Shown: positions 21,170 to 32,410, counted from the first letter of the stretch. The stretch is DNA of 64,000 nucleotides from Meyerozyma guilliermondii (GCA_051546255.1 CP128818.1:1116001-1180000); one strand, 5' to 3'. The notes: a model not told the origin generated them from the letters alone. Translations and numbers: made by a program.

Positions 21170-22486
21170 TTATTTTCCCATTTTCTTTCCCCGAAGCTCA
21201 TCGTACCGCAAGATCGTCGCCAACAATACCTTGAATCCATTACTCACTTCTTCTGGTGACGAATATTCTGCTGGATTGTGAGAAATTCCATTTTTCGACG
21301 GAATGAAAATCATCGATGTTGGAACCACATGGCTGGTGGAACAGGAATCGTGGCCTGCACCAGAGGTAATTTCACGGACGTTTTCTTCGCCAAAAAGCTG
21401 GATTGCACTTTCGCGAACGGTTGCAATATTGGTCTCGTTGAACCTTACAGCTTCAGAATGGAGAAGAAGTGTATGTTCCACTTCCAAGGGAAGTGCTGCT
21501 TGTGATGGGTCGCTTCCTGTTTCAGCAATTTGCTTGAACTCTTTGGCAATTTCAGCATTGATAGTTTCCAAAATACCATCTTCAACATGTCTGGTATCTA
21601 ATGAGAAAGTCACCTTATCGGGAATTACATTGACCGACGAAGGCTCTAAAGATATGGTTCCTATTGTAGCCAAGCCGCCGTGCTTCTTAGCAATGTCAAT
21701 GGCTGCGGAAATCATCTTGGAAGCAATATGAATGGCATCTGAACGAGTGTGCATTGGAGTGGTACCAGCATGAGAAGATCTTCCATTGACGGTGATTTGC
21801 TGCCAATGGTATGCTTGAGCCCCTACTACTATGCCAATCTTTTTCCTTTCATGTTCCAAAACCGGTCCCTGTTCTATATGAATCTCGAAATGAGCCGCCA
21901 ATTGGTTCTTCGTGTGGTCGGCCGGAGTCGTACCTTTATAGCCAATTCTTTCCAATTCGGCTCCATAACTGACTGGAACCTTGTCTGTGATTGACTCGAG
22001 TTTGTAACCTTCTTCCTTGGTCACCAAGCCTGCCCAAACCGACGAGGCAATACAAGATTGTGGAAAACGAGCACCTTCTTCGTTGGTCCAGTCTACTACT
22101 GCAACTGGAAAGTTTGGAACAAAGTTGTTTTCTTTCATCGTTCTCAAAACCTCCAATCCTGAAAGTACTCCGTAAATACCATCGTAGCGACCACCATTGG
22201 GCTGAGTATCCAAATGAGATCCAATTCCCGTTGGCAAGCCTTCGTTCTTGCCGGGATAAATTGCAAAAATCGACCCCATTTCGTCCACTTTCACTGTGCA
22301 CCCCAAAGCTTTAGTTTCCTCAACAAACCAGTCCCGCACACCCTTGTCCAAGTCTGACAATGCTAGACGACAACAGCCTGTTTCGGTGACGTCTGAACCC
22401 CAAACCCCAGCGGCTCCCCATTTTGCAGCCGTTTCGTGGATGGTGTTGAGAAGGCGTCCTTCGATTATTTTCAAGTCGGTGGTCAT
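21170..22486 (-). CDS. Beta-ureidopropionase / N-carbamoyl-amino-acid amidohydrolase (M20 family, Pyd3-like)
   Basis: GSHLDTQP.GG.YDG, NEEGARF, HFEIHIEQGP, HAGTTP, SGAGHD and SMIFIPS..GISH. First ATG is 22486. Confidence 0.88.
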   Translation of the reverse strand: MTTDLKIIEGRLLNTIHETAAKWGAAGVWGSDVTETGCCRLALSDLDKGVRDWFVEETKALGCTVKVDEMGSIFAIYPGKNEGLPTGIGSHLDTQPNGGRYDGIYGVLSGLEVLRTMKENNFVPNFPVAVVDWTNEEGARFPQSCIASSVWAGLVTKEEGYKLESITDKVPVSYGAELERIGYKGTTPADHTKNQLAAHFEIHIEQGPVLEHERKKIGIVVGAQAYHWQQITVNGRSSHAGTTPMHTRSDAIHIASKMISAAIDIAKKHGGLATIGTISLEPSSVNVIPDKVTFSLDTRHVEDGILETINAEIAKEFKQIAETGSDPSQAALPLEVEHTLLLHSEAVRFNETNIATVRESAIQLFGEENVREITSGAGHDSCSTSHVVPTSMIFIPSKNGISHNPAEYSSPEEVSNGFKVLLATILRYDELRGKKMGK

Positions 22487-22713
22487 ATTAGTGGTCAATG
22501 ATGCTCACTTGAGTTTATTGGGTCGACTGGACTTTCTGGTCTTTATAAACCAAGCGCTATTTCCTCTTACAGCTTATCTCGCGAAAGGAAGTTCGCGCTC
22601 TTATCGCACAATAGTCTCAATCGAGTCGGCGCGAACTACCCAAATGGACAGAGCCATAATAATTGAGCTATAAGATGTTTCTATACTGGCTATTCTATTG
22701 GCTCTGAGCTCTT

Positions 22714-23712
22714 TCAATGACTATTCTCCAAGTACTGTTTCACCAAATCAGAAACAGAAGTTTCAAAACTAACAAAATCAAATCCAAGAAGGTCTTTGGT
22801 CTTTGAGTTATTGTATCTGCCGATCCCTTCATCTTTTCCATTAAATGCTGAGTCTGGATCTCCGACAGGGAGATGAAGTTCAGAAAAGTTCTTGTTTATC
22901 ACGTTCAACGCCAATTGCTGAGAGAAGAAATATTCTGCCAAAAGTAATCTGCTTCCTGCTAATTTTTCATTCTCGAGTACATCCAAATGAGCCTTGGCTA
23001 CGTCTCTCACATCAACGGCTGGGCCTGCCGTTTGTGGGATCCTATCACCTTGTTTCAACTTCAAGAGCCCGGCAATAAATTCAGCGGTCATGTTGAGCGT
23101 TCCTTTCGCATCTTCGTCGTACGCTTGTGGTCCAAGGACATAAGAAGGATTCACACATGTTAAGCTGAATGTTGGCTTTTCCATTTCAACAAACTCCCAC
23201 GCTGCCTTTTCAGCGTACGTCTTGGACACAGGATACGCAACACTAGGGTTAGCAATTGCATCTTTCCAGCTCAAATTATTCCAGGTGTCTTCGGTAGTTG
23301 TACTTTGTGGATCTGCAAAGTTGACATTGGCAACGTAGGAAGACGTTAAAACAAAGTGTTTCACGTTAAGACCATGGTCATGAACTGCACGAATGGCATT
23401 TTTAGTACCGTCAACAGCTGGAATCAACGACTCTTTTTCTGGGTCCAGTGGGTTCATTATCACCGACGAAGCAGTGTGAAGGAAACCAATTGCTTCAGGA
23501 TGTGCCTTTAAAGCATTGTCGAAAGCTCCTGGTTTCTCGAGAAACTCCACAACCTCATACTCAAAATTAGGATTGTTGAACAACTTTTTGACTTCTTCTC
23601 CTTTGGCCGAGGTTCTCACCGTTCCAATCACCTTGTAGCCCTTTTGAAGTGCGAGCTTGATGATGTGTTTTGCAATGTAGCCAGTTGCTCCTGTTACGAA
23701 GATAGTTGTCAT
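22714..23712 (-). CDS. NADPH-dependent aldehyde/methylglyoxal reductase, Gre2-like
   Basis: FVTGATGYIA, HTAS, PAVDGT, Y..SKT.AEKAAW, NPSYVLGP and DVRDVAKAH. Confidence 0.92.
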   Translation of the reverse strand: MTTIFVTGATGYIAKHIIKLALQKGYKVIGTVRTSAKGEEVKKLFNNPNFEYEVVEFLEKPGAFDNALKAHPEAIGFLHTASSVIMNPLDPEKESLIPAVDGTKNAIRAVHDHGLNVKHFVLTSSYVANVNFADPQSTTTEDTWNNLSWKDAIANPSVAYPVSKTYAEKAAWEFVEMEKPTFSLTCVNPSYVLGPQAYDEDAKGTLNMTAEFIAGLLKLKQGDRIPQTAGPAVDVRDVAKAHLDVLENEKLAGSRLLLAEYFFSQQLALNVINKNFSELHLPVGDPDSAFNGKDEGIGRYNNSKTKDLLGFDFVSFETSVSDLVKQYLENSH

Positions 23713-25243
23713 TTTGTGGTGCTTCTACCGGAACATTACTTCCTTAAATACTGTCCTTCGTAACTCCTCTAGCTCCATATTACTAATATGCTGGTGAACG
23801 CCAAAACCATTGCCTTTTTGAGCCTCGCCAGTTATTGAATTTTTGCATTGGTTGATCTTCACATGGTATACACGAAAGATTAAGTGCTTTCTCAATTGCT
23901 AACTAGGTATACCATCGCTGGGTTTAAGTTTCTTCAAACATTCGCAACAGCTCGAGGTTTAACGCTCGCACCTATTTTGAACTCTCGTACCCGATTGATT
24001 TGTCAGACTTACGAACACACGGATATAACAGGACGATAGTGGCATGCGACGAAAATACGGAATTAAAGTCAGTTGAGACTCGGGAATCGGAAATTCCCAC
24101 TGTGATATTTGTCACCGTAAATGTTCCTAGTTTCGGTGATGGTACCTTATATGCAATCAATTGCAAAAAATCACTAAAAAGATCCAAAAAGGAAAATTGC
24201 GGACTTGATACAGAATCTGTTTGACTGCTGCCAACACTCTGAGATTTTTCGCAATAAATTCGAATTAGTGAAGAATTCATCATTGCGGCTTGTCTACAAT
24301 TACCAACAACCGAAGAAGGTATATGGTACTTACTTCCAAGATGACACTCAATCGGTTAATGGCATCCAGTTGCTTTCGAAACTTATACCAAGAGAAAGAG
24401 CTTTTAGTTTGCTGTGGCTCACACCTGATTATTCAGTGAATGAGAACTTCATTTACTCAAGCTCAAACCTTTATTCTCTTGACGACTGACCGGGTCCTCC
24501 TCCACAAAATGGCCAAGTCAGTTCCTATCAATCAAAGAAGTTACTTAATACAAGCAACTTCAAGCGTTTCAATTCCATCTCACGTTACTATAAGCCATTG
24601 GTGTAAATAACCACTTTTCGTTTATGTTCTTCGAGAGAACAATTGACAATGGAGTTTAGATATCGTGACCGTTTCTGAACTGTTGGTCCTTAATTCTTGA
24701 ATTTGAGATCTCCTTAAGGTCTTTAATGCAATCTCGAGAGGTTCTCCAGAAGGTGAGCTAAACCATTCTACCTAACTATTCACTCAATTCAAAACAAACT
24801 TGGACGTAATGCCAAATCTCTCATTACACAGACAACAGCTTTAAGTGTTTCAATTGACCCCTAAAGCGAACGTATTTCAACATGCTGTGAACTCAAGTGA
24901 TGCGAATTATTTCAATTACATCTTTTCACTAGACCAAGGATGAAATCATGTATTTTTTTAAAGATTTGAACAGAATTTCAAAACAGTCAAAAACTTTGGC
25001 GCCAATTAGTTATGGAATCTACTACACTAACAAAGATACGATTTAGTGAATTTCACTTGTTTCACTCTTTTCGCAGTCTAATTTGCGAATCTGTTTTCCC
25101 AATTAGGCAGTACGCGCCAATCTCAACTGATATGGAAATTCAACTTTATCAGCAACTTTGTTGTGCAACCCCCAGTTTTCCCTTTCCAGTAGTGTGCGGA
25201 ACCGTTATATTCCTGGGCGTGTGCTACCCCTTTCGGTAATGAC

Positions 25244-27133
25244 ATGTTTGGCGTGATTGACTATCCCACCAAATTGCAAAAGAAATTGCAAAAAAAGCTG
25301 CAAAATGTATCAAGTAAAAACTTGGCTGGCCAAGGAAATTTCCACCAAAAAGCGGTATCGCTACACCGATTTGTAGGGGCCAGGTTCAGGTCCAGCAGGG
25401 GCTGCTGGGGCTGTCGAAAAAGAAGAAAAAAGTGTGACGAAACCCACCCCATTTGCAACGCTTGTGCCAAGAGAAACCAGCAATGTGTGTGGAGGGACGA
25501 GAACAAAAATGAACCAGCGCAAATGATCCAGAAACAGGGAGAAAATAGGAGGGAAATTGACTCAAAATTGCAAAAAAATCGTCGAAGTTCAGGTTTGGCT
25601 TTGAACGAACTTCTCAGTCCAGAAGATCCTGAAAGTTCCAATTCCCCGAAAACTACATCCTTGGAGTATCCTACTCCTCATGAAACCGAATCCACAAACC
25701 AATTAGAGGAATTTGAAAACTTTGATCGCAACTTCGATGAAAGCGACTTGGTTGAAATTTCAGCTTCTCAACCAAGTGCCCTCGAATTGTCTCCCAACTC
25801 CATACAATTGGTTTCTAGAGAACCCAGCGAATCACTTCTGCCGTTTCTGCAGGCACTTTTTGGTGAAGACATTTACATGCCGCCGCTCCAGCTGGCGTTT
25901 TTCAGTTTATTTCTTGACTCTAAAGGAGTCTCTTTTGTTCGTCATTTTGAAAATGAAGTGTCGGGAGCATTGACTGTGAGTCCTAGTACATCCAACTACT
26001 TCAGCAAGACTTTTTTGCTGCTTGCAACCATGGATGAAAGTATTGGACATGCCATTGCTTCATGGGGTGCTTTTTATGTCCACCAATACGACCATATAGA
26101 CGTCCAAAAACACTTTTTCCAAGCCATGTCGTTGACTGCAAAAAAATTTCCCAAAGGCTCGGAAATCTCCAAATACGACTACTTCACCTTGCTCTGTTTC
26201 CACTTGATCGTAACGGGGTTTTTTGTGTGCCAAGGTGATATTTCTCAGTGGTGGATATGCTTTGCTAAATGCACTGAGCTCGTTAAACGATCTGGAGGCT
26301 TGAAAAAGCTATGCATAGACCTTGACCATTCGAATGATATCAAGTTTCTAGTTTCCAATTTCTTCTACCACGATATAATGTCTTCGCATGCATTTTCCCA
26401 TGGAACCACTATACCTGTTAAAGAGTACAAGCAAGTGTTTGAACCGGGGTTTTTCGATCCCAGCTACGGCATTGACCCTTTACAAGGCTGTATGAATCCA
26501 GTATACTTGCTTCTTGCTGAAGAATTGGAAGTTCGAGCTGCAATGCGAACTCGGCGCCTAAGACTCGAATCTTTACTCAATGGCGAGTTGGGAGCCGAAG
26601 ACGATCCCAATATCTTGGGGGAGTTTGAACTGATGAGAACACTGTACTTGGAGTATTGTGAGTTGGTGGCTCAACAAATCGAAGAGAAAATCCAAGGTTG
26701 TATCATAGACGAAACTCTCCTTGCAGCATGCACCGAAGCAGAGGTAAAAATGCACTGCCAGATCTTCACGGTATTCAAACTAGTTTGCAAGCTTTACTGG
26801 GTCCTATACATTAAGGAACTTCCTCCCAAGGCAAATGAACTGCAACTTTTGTTGGTTCAATTGATGGCTAAAATCGACAAATTGGTGGAAAGTAAAATGA
26901 TAGTCGTTTTATGTCTACCTCTTGTGATTGCATGTAGTGCATGCTACACGAAGCACGACAGGAGAAGAATGGAAATTATTTTCTCCAAAGTTATCGGAAA
27001 GTGCCCAATTCATAATGTCCATCGAGCATGGGTAGTGGTGCAAGAAATATGGAAGAGAAACCCAAAGGGAGAACTTACAATCGATTGGGCAGACATATGT
27101 GAAGATTTGAATTGGCAGTTATGTGTTTGCTAG
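25244..27133 (+). CDS. Zn(II)2Cys6 transcription factor with fungal-specific C-terminal domain
   Basis: GCWGCRKRRKKCDETHPICNACAKRNQQC; F.YHDIM, DPLQGC and W..VQEIWKR...DW.D.C. Confidence 0.9.
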   Translation: MFGVIDYPTKLQKKLQKKLQNVSSKNLAGQGNFHQKAVSLHRFVGARFRSSRGCWGCRKRRKKCDETHPICNACAKRNQQCVWRDENKNEPAQMIQKQGENRREIDSKLQKNRRSSGLALNELLSPEDPESSNSPKTTSLEYPTPHETESTNQLEEFENFDRNFDESDLVEISASQPSALELSPNSIQLVSREPSESLLPFLQALFGEDIYMPPLQLAFFSLFLDSKGVSFVRHFENEVSGALTVSPSTSNYFSKTFLLLATMDESIGHAIASWGAFYVHQYDHIDVQKHFFQAMSLTAKKFPKGSEISKYDYFTLLCFHLIVTGFFVCQGDISQWWICFAKCTELVKRSGGLKKLCIDLDHSNDIKFLVSNFFYHDIMSSHAFSHGTTIPVKEYKQVFEPGFFDPSYGIDPLQGCMNPVYLLLAEELEVRAAMRTRRLRLESLLNGELGAEDDPNILGEFELMRTLYLEYCELVAQQIEEKIQGCIIDETLLAACTEAEVKMHCQIFTVFKLVCKLYWVLYIKELPPKANELQLLLVQLMAKIDKLVESKMIVVLCLPLVIACSACYTKHDRRRMEIIFSKVIGKCPIHNVHRAWVVVQEIWKRNPKGELTIDWADICEDLNWQLCVC

Positions 27134-27290
27134 GCTGTGGTGTATATTTCGTATTTTACAAATTTTACATATTTGGGTGCAGATTTATTGCTGCAAATCG
27201 CAAGTGGCTAAATTCGCAAATTCGCTGAATGTACCTTGGTAGATATGAATATTTTCTGGTGTTCTGTTCGATAGTCTTTAGTTTGTGTGT

Positions 27291-28454
27291 TTATGAGGTG
27301 TCCTTGTCCTTGAACTGTTCCAATGGGGAAAACAACATCTTTATATGTTTCTCCTTGTCACGCAATAGCTCATCAAATCCGTCCGTTACAGCTCGTTCCA
27401 AGCTGATTTTTGCGGTGATGAGCATTTCCAAGTCTTTGAGCTCAATACGGCCCTCTTCAAGCGCCCGTGCAACTTCTTCAAAGTCTTGTTTGACAAAGCA
27501 AATCGAGCCTCTGAGCCAGATTTCCGACCATGTTGCAATCATGGGGAAGTAGTTGATTGGCTTGTGAGCCCAAACCGCAACGTTTGTGGCCACTCCTCGC
27601 ACTCGCAACAGCCGGATGCTACCGTCAAAGGTAGACTGCGTGCCAGCACAGTCGTACGAGTAATGAAAACCCTGCTTGTCGGGAGACAACAATTTGAGCT
27701 TTTCCATGGTTTCTTCGTGTGGCATACTCAATGGATCAAAAGTTTCCACACCCAACTTTTCTGCAATGGCTCTTCTTCCAGCAGAAGGCTCACTCACTAC
27801 AATCTTACCAGCTCCATGTCCTTTCAATGCAATTATGGTTGTCAATCCTATTGGTCCTCCTCCTAAAACCAAAGCAGAACTACCTTCTTTAAAGTTAGAG
27901 GTTCTGACAGCATGCCACGACACGGCTAAAGGCTGAATCAACGCAGCAACATCATATGGAATCTTTTTGTTATCAAACTTGACCAATTTGCTCGAATTGG
28001 TCACCACATACTCAGCGAATCCTCCGTCAGAAAATCCCAATCCTGTGAGTCCCAAATACTTGCACATGTTGTAATGGCCATCCTTACAAGCTGCACACTT
28101 CTCCTCGCCAGCAGTGGGCGAATCTTCAAATCGATCCCGATCCAAACAGGTGCCTGTCACTTCAACAACCACACTGTCTCCTACCTTAAAGTTCTTCACA
28201 TCGCTTCCAATTTCTACAATTTCGGCACTCATCTCGTGTCCCATAACGTGCGGGTACGCCTTGTTGGAAATAGCATGATTTTGGCCCTCTTTGGCAAAAA
28301 AAGTTGGTCCACTCTGGTACTCGTGTAAATCAGAACCACAAATTCCGCAATAATGGACCTTGAGTTTGACATCTGTACCCGATTTTATTGTTGGTTCGGG
28401 GTAATTGTCCTTGAATTGAACATTTTTGGGTGCAAAATACACAACTGCTCGCAT
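27291..28454 (-). CDS. BDH1: (2R,3R)-butanediol dehydrogenase-like Zn-dependent MDR
   Basis: CGICGSDLHEY, GHEM, C.AC..G..N.C, GGFAEY, QPLAVSWHA, LVLGGGPIG and AVWAHKP. Confidence 0.82.
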   Translation of the reverse strand: MRAVVYFAPKNVQFKDNYPEPTIKSGTDVKLKVHYCGICGSDLHEYQSGPTFFAKEGQNHAISNKAYPHVMGHEMSAEIVEIGSDVKNFKVGDSVVVEVTGTCLDRDRFEDSPTAGEEKCAACKDGHYNMCKYLGLTGLGFSDGGFAEYVVTNSSKLVKFDNKKIPYDVAALIQPLAVSWHAVRTSNFKEGSSALVLGGGPIGLTTIIALKGHGAGKIVVSEPSAGRRAIAEKLGVETFDPLSMPHEETMEKLKLLSPDKQGFHYSYDCAGTQSTFDGSIRLLRVRGVATNVAVWAHKPINYFPMIATWSEIWLRGSICFVKQDFEEVARALEEGRIELKDLEMLITAKISLERAVTDGFDELLRDKEKHIKMLFSPLEQFKDKDTS

Positions 28455-28619
28455 ATTTGTAGCACGGTATAGCTAAAAAACTCCGCAAAAGTTTAAACTT
28501 TCTCAATCTTATCGGTCTGCATATAGCCGATCTGTGTTGCATGCGCGACATTTTTGCGATAAACCTTCGGCGCATCGCCGCATGCGGTATCTCGAACCGG
28601 AACTACCCACCTTTCCGCC

Positions 28620-30050
28620 ATGACCAATGACGACTTACGGTTGACCCCGACCATGTCTCATACACCCTCGGAAGTCATTCGCATTATAAATGATGAGGAA
28701 ATCCGCAAATTCAAGCTCGGGGTTTTGTTTCTCGTGGTTGCGATTTCGTCGTGGATTTTTGGTTTGGAGTTGTTAAACGCGGTATTGAAGGGCGACGAGT
28801 ATCAAAAACCATGGATGTTTTCATATATTACAGGTTCTTGCTTTGCTTTAAACTTGATTCCTGATTTTTTCAGCTCGTATCGAAACCAAAAACCTGCTGA
28901 AAATGAGTTAAATGGCCGTGAAACCACCATTTTGGCCATCATAATTGCCATAATATACTACTTTTACAACTTGTTTGTCATGCTAGCACTCCAGTATACT
29001 TCGGCATCGAACCAAACTGTGTTGTCCAGCACCACTTCCATCTTCACTCTCTTTATCGGAATGCTGCTTGGAATTGAAACTTTCAATTTACAAAAATTGG
29101 CTTGTATTATCATAAGTTTTGCAGGGGTTGTTCTTATCAATTGGAGCGAGTCGGGACTTTCCAAGGATTCTGGCAATAAATTTGTGCCAAAAAACCCCCG
29201 ATTGGGTAACGCATTGGCGGTTCTCGGCGCTCTTATGTACGCCTTTTATATGATCGTTATGAAGGTTCGCTGCGGTACTGGATCGAGAACCGTCAACGAA
29301 AGACGAATGTTTGGAATCGTGGGGGCGGTGACACTTGTATTTGGCATACCAGTGCTTTTCATTGTGCATATGTTTGACATCGAGCGTTTCGAACTCCCTC
29401 CAAACAACACTGTTTCTTCAATGATACTCATCAATGGTGTGTTTTCCGTCATCTCGGACTACACTACTATTCTAGCAATGCTTTTGACCAGTCCTTTGGT
29501 CACTTCGCTTTCGTTGTCGTCGTCAATTCCAATAACCATTTTTATCGACAAGATCATTATGTGGGTGACAGATGCACCAGCCTCGAAATCGGGTCATGTA
29601 ATGTATTATTTCGGTATTTGCAGCATTTTGCTTTCGGTGCTCTTGATCAATGCTAATCTCACCACCGAAAACCAATTAATCGTGGAGGTGATAGACGACG
29701 CTCTTGAAGATGCAATTCGCGAAGACGAAGTGTTGTCGCCCGTTCTCTCTCCATTGCTTAGTCCTCATGCACAATACACCACAGGAGCGACTATCAGGAA
29801 CTCCCCGGGCTTACAACTTGGAATCAGATCACCATTGTACAGAAGGTCACCGGCTACCCAGTTTCCGTTTCTTGTTCGTAAAGTGTCGGGATTCGATTTG
29901 AACAACGATTCCGAAGATTTGGACGAAAGAGTGGGCGAAGCAGATACAGAAGAAATGCACCTCACGGTTTCCGGTGGCAGAAACCACAAATACCGGGTGA
30001 GGATTGTAGCACAAGACGAACATACGCCGCTTCTTGGGAGTGATCTATAG
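28620..30050 (+). CDS. DMT/SLC35F-family membrane transporter (Thi74/Yml018c-like)
   Basis: Y.KPW..SY, ALQYTSASNQTVLSSTTSIFTL, GNALA..GA..YAFY and SDY...AMLLTSPLV...SLS..IP. Confidence 0.85.
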   Translation: MTNDDLRLTPTMSHTPSEVIRIINDEEIRKFKLGVLFLVVAISSWIFGLELLNAVLKGDEYQKPWMFSYITGSCFALNLIPDFFSSYRNQKPAENELNGRETTILAIIIAIIYYFYNLFVMLALQYTSASNQTVLSSTTSIFTLFIGMLLGIETFNLQKLACIIISFAGVVLINWSESGLSKDSGNKFVPKNPRLGNALAVLGALMYAFYMIVMKVRCGTGSRTVNERRMFGIVGAVTLVFGIPVLFIVHMFDIERFELPPNNTVSSMILINGVFSVISDYTTILAMLLTSPLVTSLSLSSSIPITIFIDKIIMWVTDAPASKSGHVMYYFGICSILLSVLLINANLTTENQLIVEVIDDALEDAIREDEVLSPVLSPLLSPHAQYTTGATIRNSPGLQLGIRSPLYRRSPATQFPFLVRKVSGFDLNNDSEDLDERVGEADTEEMHLTVSGGRNHKYRVRIVAQDEHTPLLGSDL

Positions 30051-30062
30051 ATTAATGCATTT

Positions 30063-31793
30063 TCACTCTCTATCTAAGCTGCTATGCAATTTGTGCTCTT
30101 TCATGAACCAGCTGCAAAAAACTCCGATGGTAATGACTGTGACAGAGAACCCAAAAGCGCCTTTGCATGCTGCATAATATGATTCTAAGATAGCCTTTTG
30201 GGCCACCAAGGGAGCCTTATTCACGTAGTTGGTGTTCTCAAGTGCCTTTTTTATGATCTTATGGGCGGTTTTCGCATCAGAAACAACCAGCGATACTTTT
30301 GAATTCAAGTTGGAACGCAAAATCAGCTGGAAAATCGCACTCGCAATTGAAACTCCCAATGTCGATCCGGTGGATCTGAAAGTATACTGGATGGAAGTAG
30401 TGCACGCTTGGTACTTCATGGGCACAGCCGCGATCAATGCCAACAATGTCACTGTCAAAATACACGAATATCCCAAACCTGAAGGTGCAAAAAGACTATA
30501 CTGGCGAAGAATGGAAGCATCAGCAGGGACTGTCACTATCAAAATTGCACCCAAAACCGTCAAGAAGCCAGCACCGACATTGAGGCGGTAGTAGCGTCCG
30601 GTGTGTTTCATGACTAGTCCAGCGCCCACGGAGCCGACAGAAACTCCGATAAAATTGGGAATCATCCGCATGCCGCTCTGGGTGGCTGAATAACCCATGA
30701 CGGAAGTGAAGAAAACAGGCACGTAGAACAAGTTAGCGAAAACTCCCATAGTGACGAACCAGTTGGTCAATGAAGAAGATAAAATAGTTCTCTCTGTCAA
30801 AAGTTCAATTGGTAAAATGGGCTCGTCACTGACATAGAGTTCTGTGTAGACAAACGCAGCAAGAAATACCAACGAAACCACGCATAAGCCAATAAAGTAA
30901 GGCAGCGAATATGCCAATACGTCGCCTCCAAACGAGGCAGCAGCCATGATACACATCAAGGCAGAAACCAAGAAAAATGAACCCTGGAAATCCACTCGCT
31001 TCAACTTATCGCGAATATCACCTTTGGCACCCAACCCTGGAGAACCTTCTGGGAGTTGCAAATTCCACCAAAGAGCCAAACCAACAGCTCCAGCAAGCGG
31101 AGTTTGCAACAAAAAAACGTACCGCCATCCCAACCAGTCGGCTACAATTCCTCCAAAAATACCTCCAAACGCAGCACCCAAGCCGAAAAAAATGTTAGCC
31201 ATACCCTGGTATAAACCTCGGTCACGAAGTGGAATCAAGTCTGAGAGGGTGATGGTTCCCAATGTGGTGAGTCCGGAGCCTCCCCATCCGGTGATGAATC
31301 TTCCCAAAACAAGCATGGCGAGAGAATCGGTGACGCAAATAAGACACCCCACAGCGAAGAAAAAGCAGCACAACAAAAGAAGAATTTTCCGGCCAAAAAT
31401 GTCGGAAAGCTTGCCAAAAAGAGGCTGGAACGCAGCACATGAAAGAAGGTACGCCGTGGCTATCCAAGAGATATTAGCAATGGCATTCAAGTCCGATGCA
31501 ATCACCGTCAATAACGTAGTCACCACGGTGGTATCCAAGGCTGCGAGAAACGCGGCCATAAACAAACTCAGGATTACCGTATACAATTTGAAGCGAGGAA
31601 GAGCATAATTATCAGGCAGGGAAGCATCTTCCTCGTCATTAGCTGCTTCTTCGCCATCAAGAAGTGCCCCGTAAGAATGGGAGCGAAGATTCTGTTTTGA
31701 AATCAATCCCTCTTCTTGAGCAGCCAATTCTGCAGCCACAACACCAGAGCCCATGGTGGTCAGGTCCTTCAAAATTGAGGGCTGGAGAGACAT
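30063..31793 (-). CDS. MFS DHA2 transporter, vacuolar basic amino acid transporter (Vba) type
   Basis: FLAALDTTVV, WIATAYLL..AAFQPLFGKLSDIFGRK, SDLIPLRDRG.YQG and GWRYVFLLQ; about 14 TM segments. Confidence 0.88.
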   Translation of the reverse strand: MSLQPSILKDLTTMGSGVVAAELAAQEEGLISKQNLRSHSYGALLDGEEAANDEEDASLPDNYALPRFKLYTVILSLFMAAFLAALDTTVVTTLLTVIASDLNAIANISWIATAYLLSCAAFQPLFGKLSDIFGRKILLLLCCFFFAVGCLICVTDSLAMLVLGRFITGWGGSGLTTLGTITLSDLIPLRDRGLYQGMANIFFGLGAAFGGIFGGIVADWLGWRYVFLLQTPLAGAVGLALWWNLQLPEGSPGLGAKGDIRDKLKRVDFQGSFFLVSALMCIMAAASFGGDVLAYSLPYFIGLCVVSLVFLAAFVYTELYVSDEPILPIELLTERTILSSSLTNWFVTMGVFANLFYVPVFFTSVMGYSATQSGMRMIPNFIGVSVGSVGAGLVMKHTGRYYRLNVGAGFLTVLGAILIVTVPADASILRQYSLFAPSGLGYSCILTVTLLALIAAVPMKYQACTTSIQYTFRSTGSTLGVSIASAIFQLILRSNLNSKVSLVVSDAKTAHKIIKKALENTNYVNKAPLVAQKAILESYYAACKGAFGFSVTVITIGVFCSWFMKEHKLHSSLDRE

Positions 31794-32410
31794 CGGAAGT
31801 TTGGTTTATTGGTGGTGATTAGAAAAAATGTGAGCCACATTCTTATCAGAAAGACGTTAGTGCTCGGTGTTTGGATGTAATTCTCGTAAATTGCATGGAG
31901 TCTTGGCGTTCGTAAACGGTAGACAAAAGGGGTGCAGAAGAAAGATTGCGTTCATCTAAAAATTTTATTTCACAATGTTCTCTTGATGTGCAATATTTTT
32001 TCTCCCTTGGCATAATTCAATATTTTGAAGGTTACAGTTTATTATTTTTCACTCATCATGCGCTCGCACGTCAAACTTGCATGACAGGTGGTTGCAAGTT
32101 GCATAAGAGACTGGATTACTAGACTTGAAATTCACACTGAAGAGATCAAGCTGAGTGATCAAACTGAGTAGCAAGCAGAGTAGCAAGCAGAGCGGAGTAG
32201 CAAAATTCCTAAAGTATTATTGAATTTTTGCTGAATCTACTCACCGTTAAATTATCACCATTGCTTAGTTCTGCAACCATATGCGATTCCTCTTTTGTCA
32301 GAGACGCCCTAAATAGCCATAGTACTGCTTTGAAAGGACTGGATTGAAACGACCTAATCTCCGCCGGCAACAATAACTGCAATCTTACGATTTGCAGATT
32401 ACACACCTCG

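Noticed and set aside
25271..25303. KLQK x3 repeat at the N-terminus of the Zn2Cys6 factor
   Set aside because: Short 12-bp slippage repeat in a low-complexity leader; no functional inference possible.
32166..32203. GAGTAGCAAGCA short tandem repeat as a CRISPR-like or mobile element
   Set aside because: Only 2-3 units of 12 bp with no spacers; a simple minisatellite in a eukaryotic promoter.
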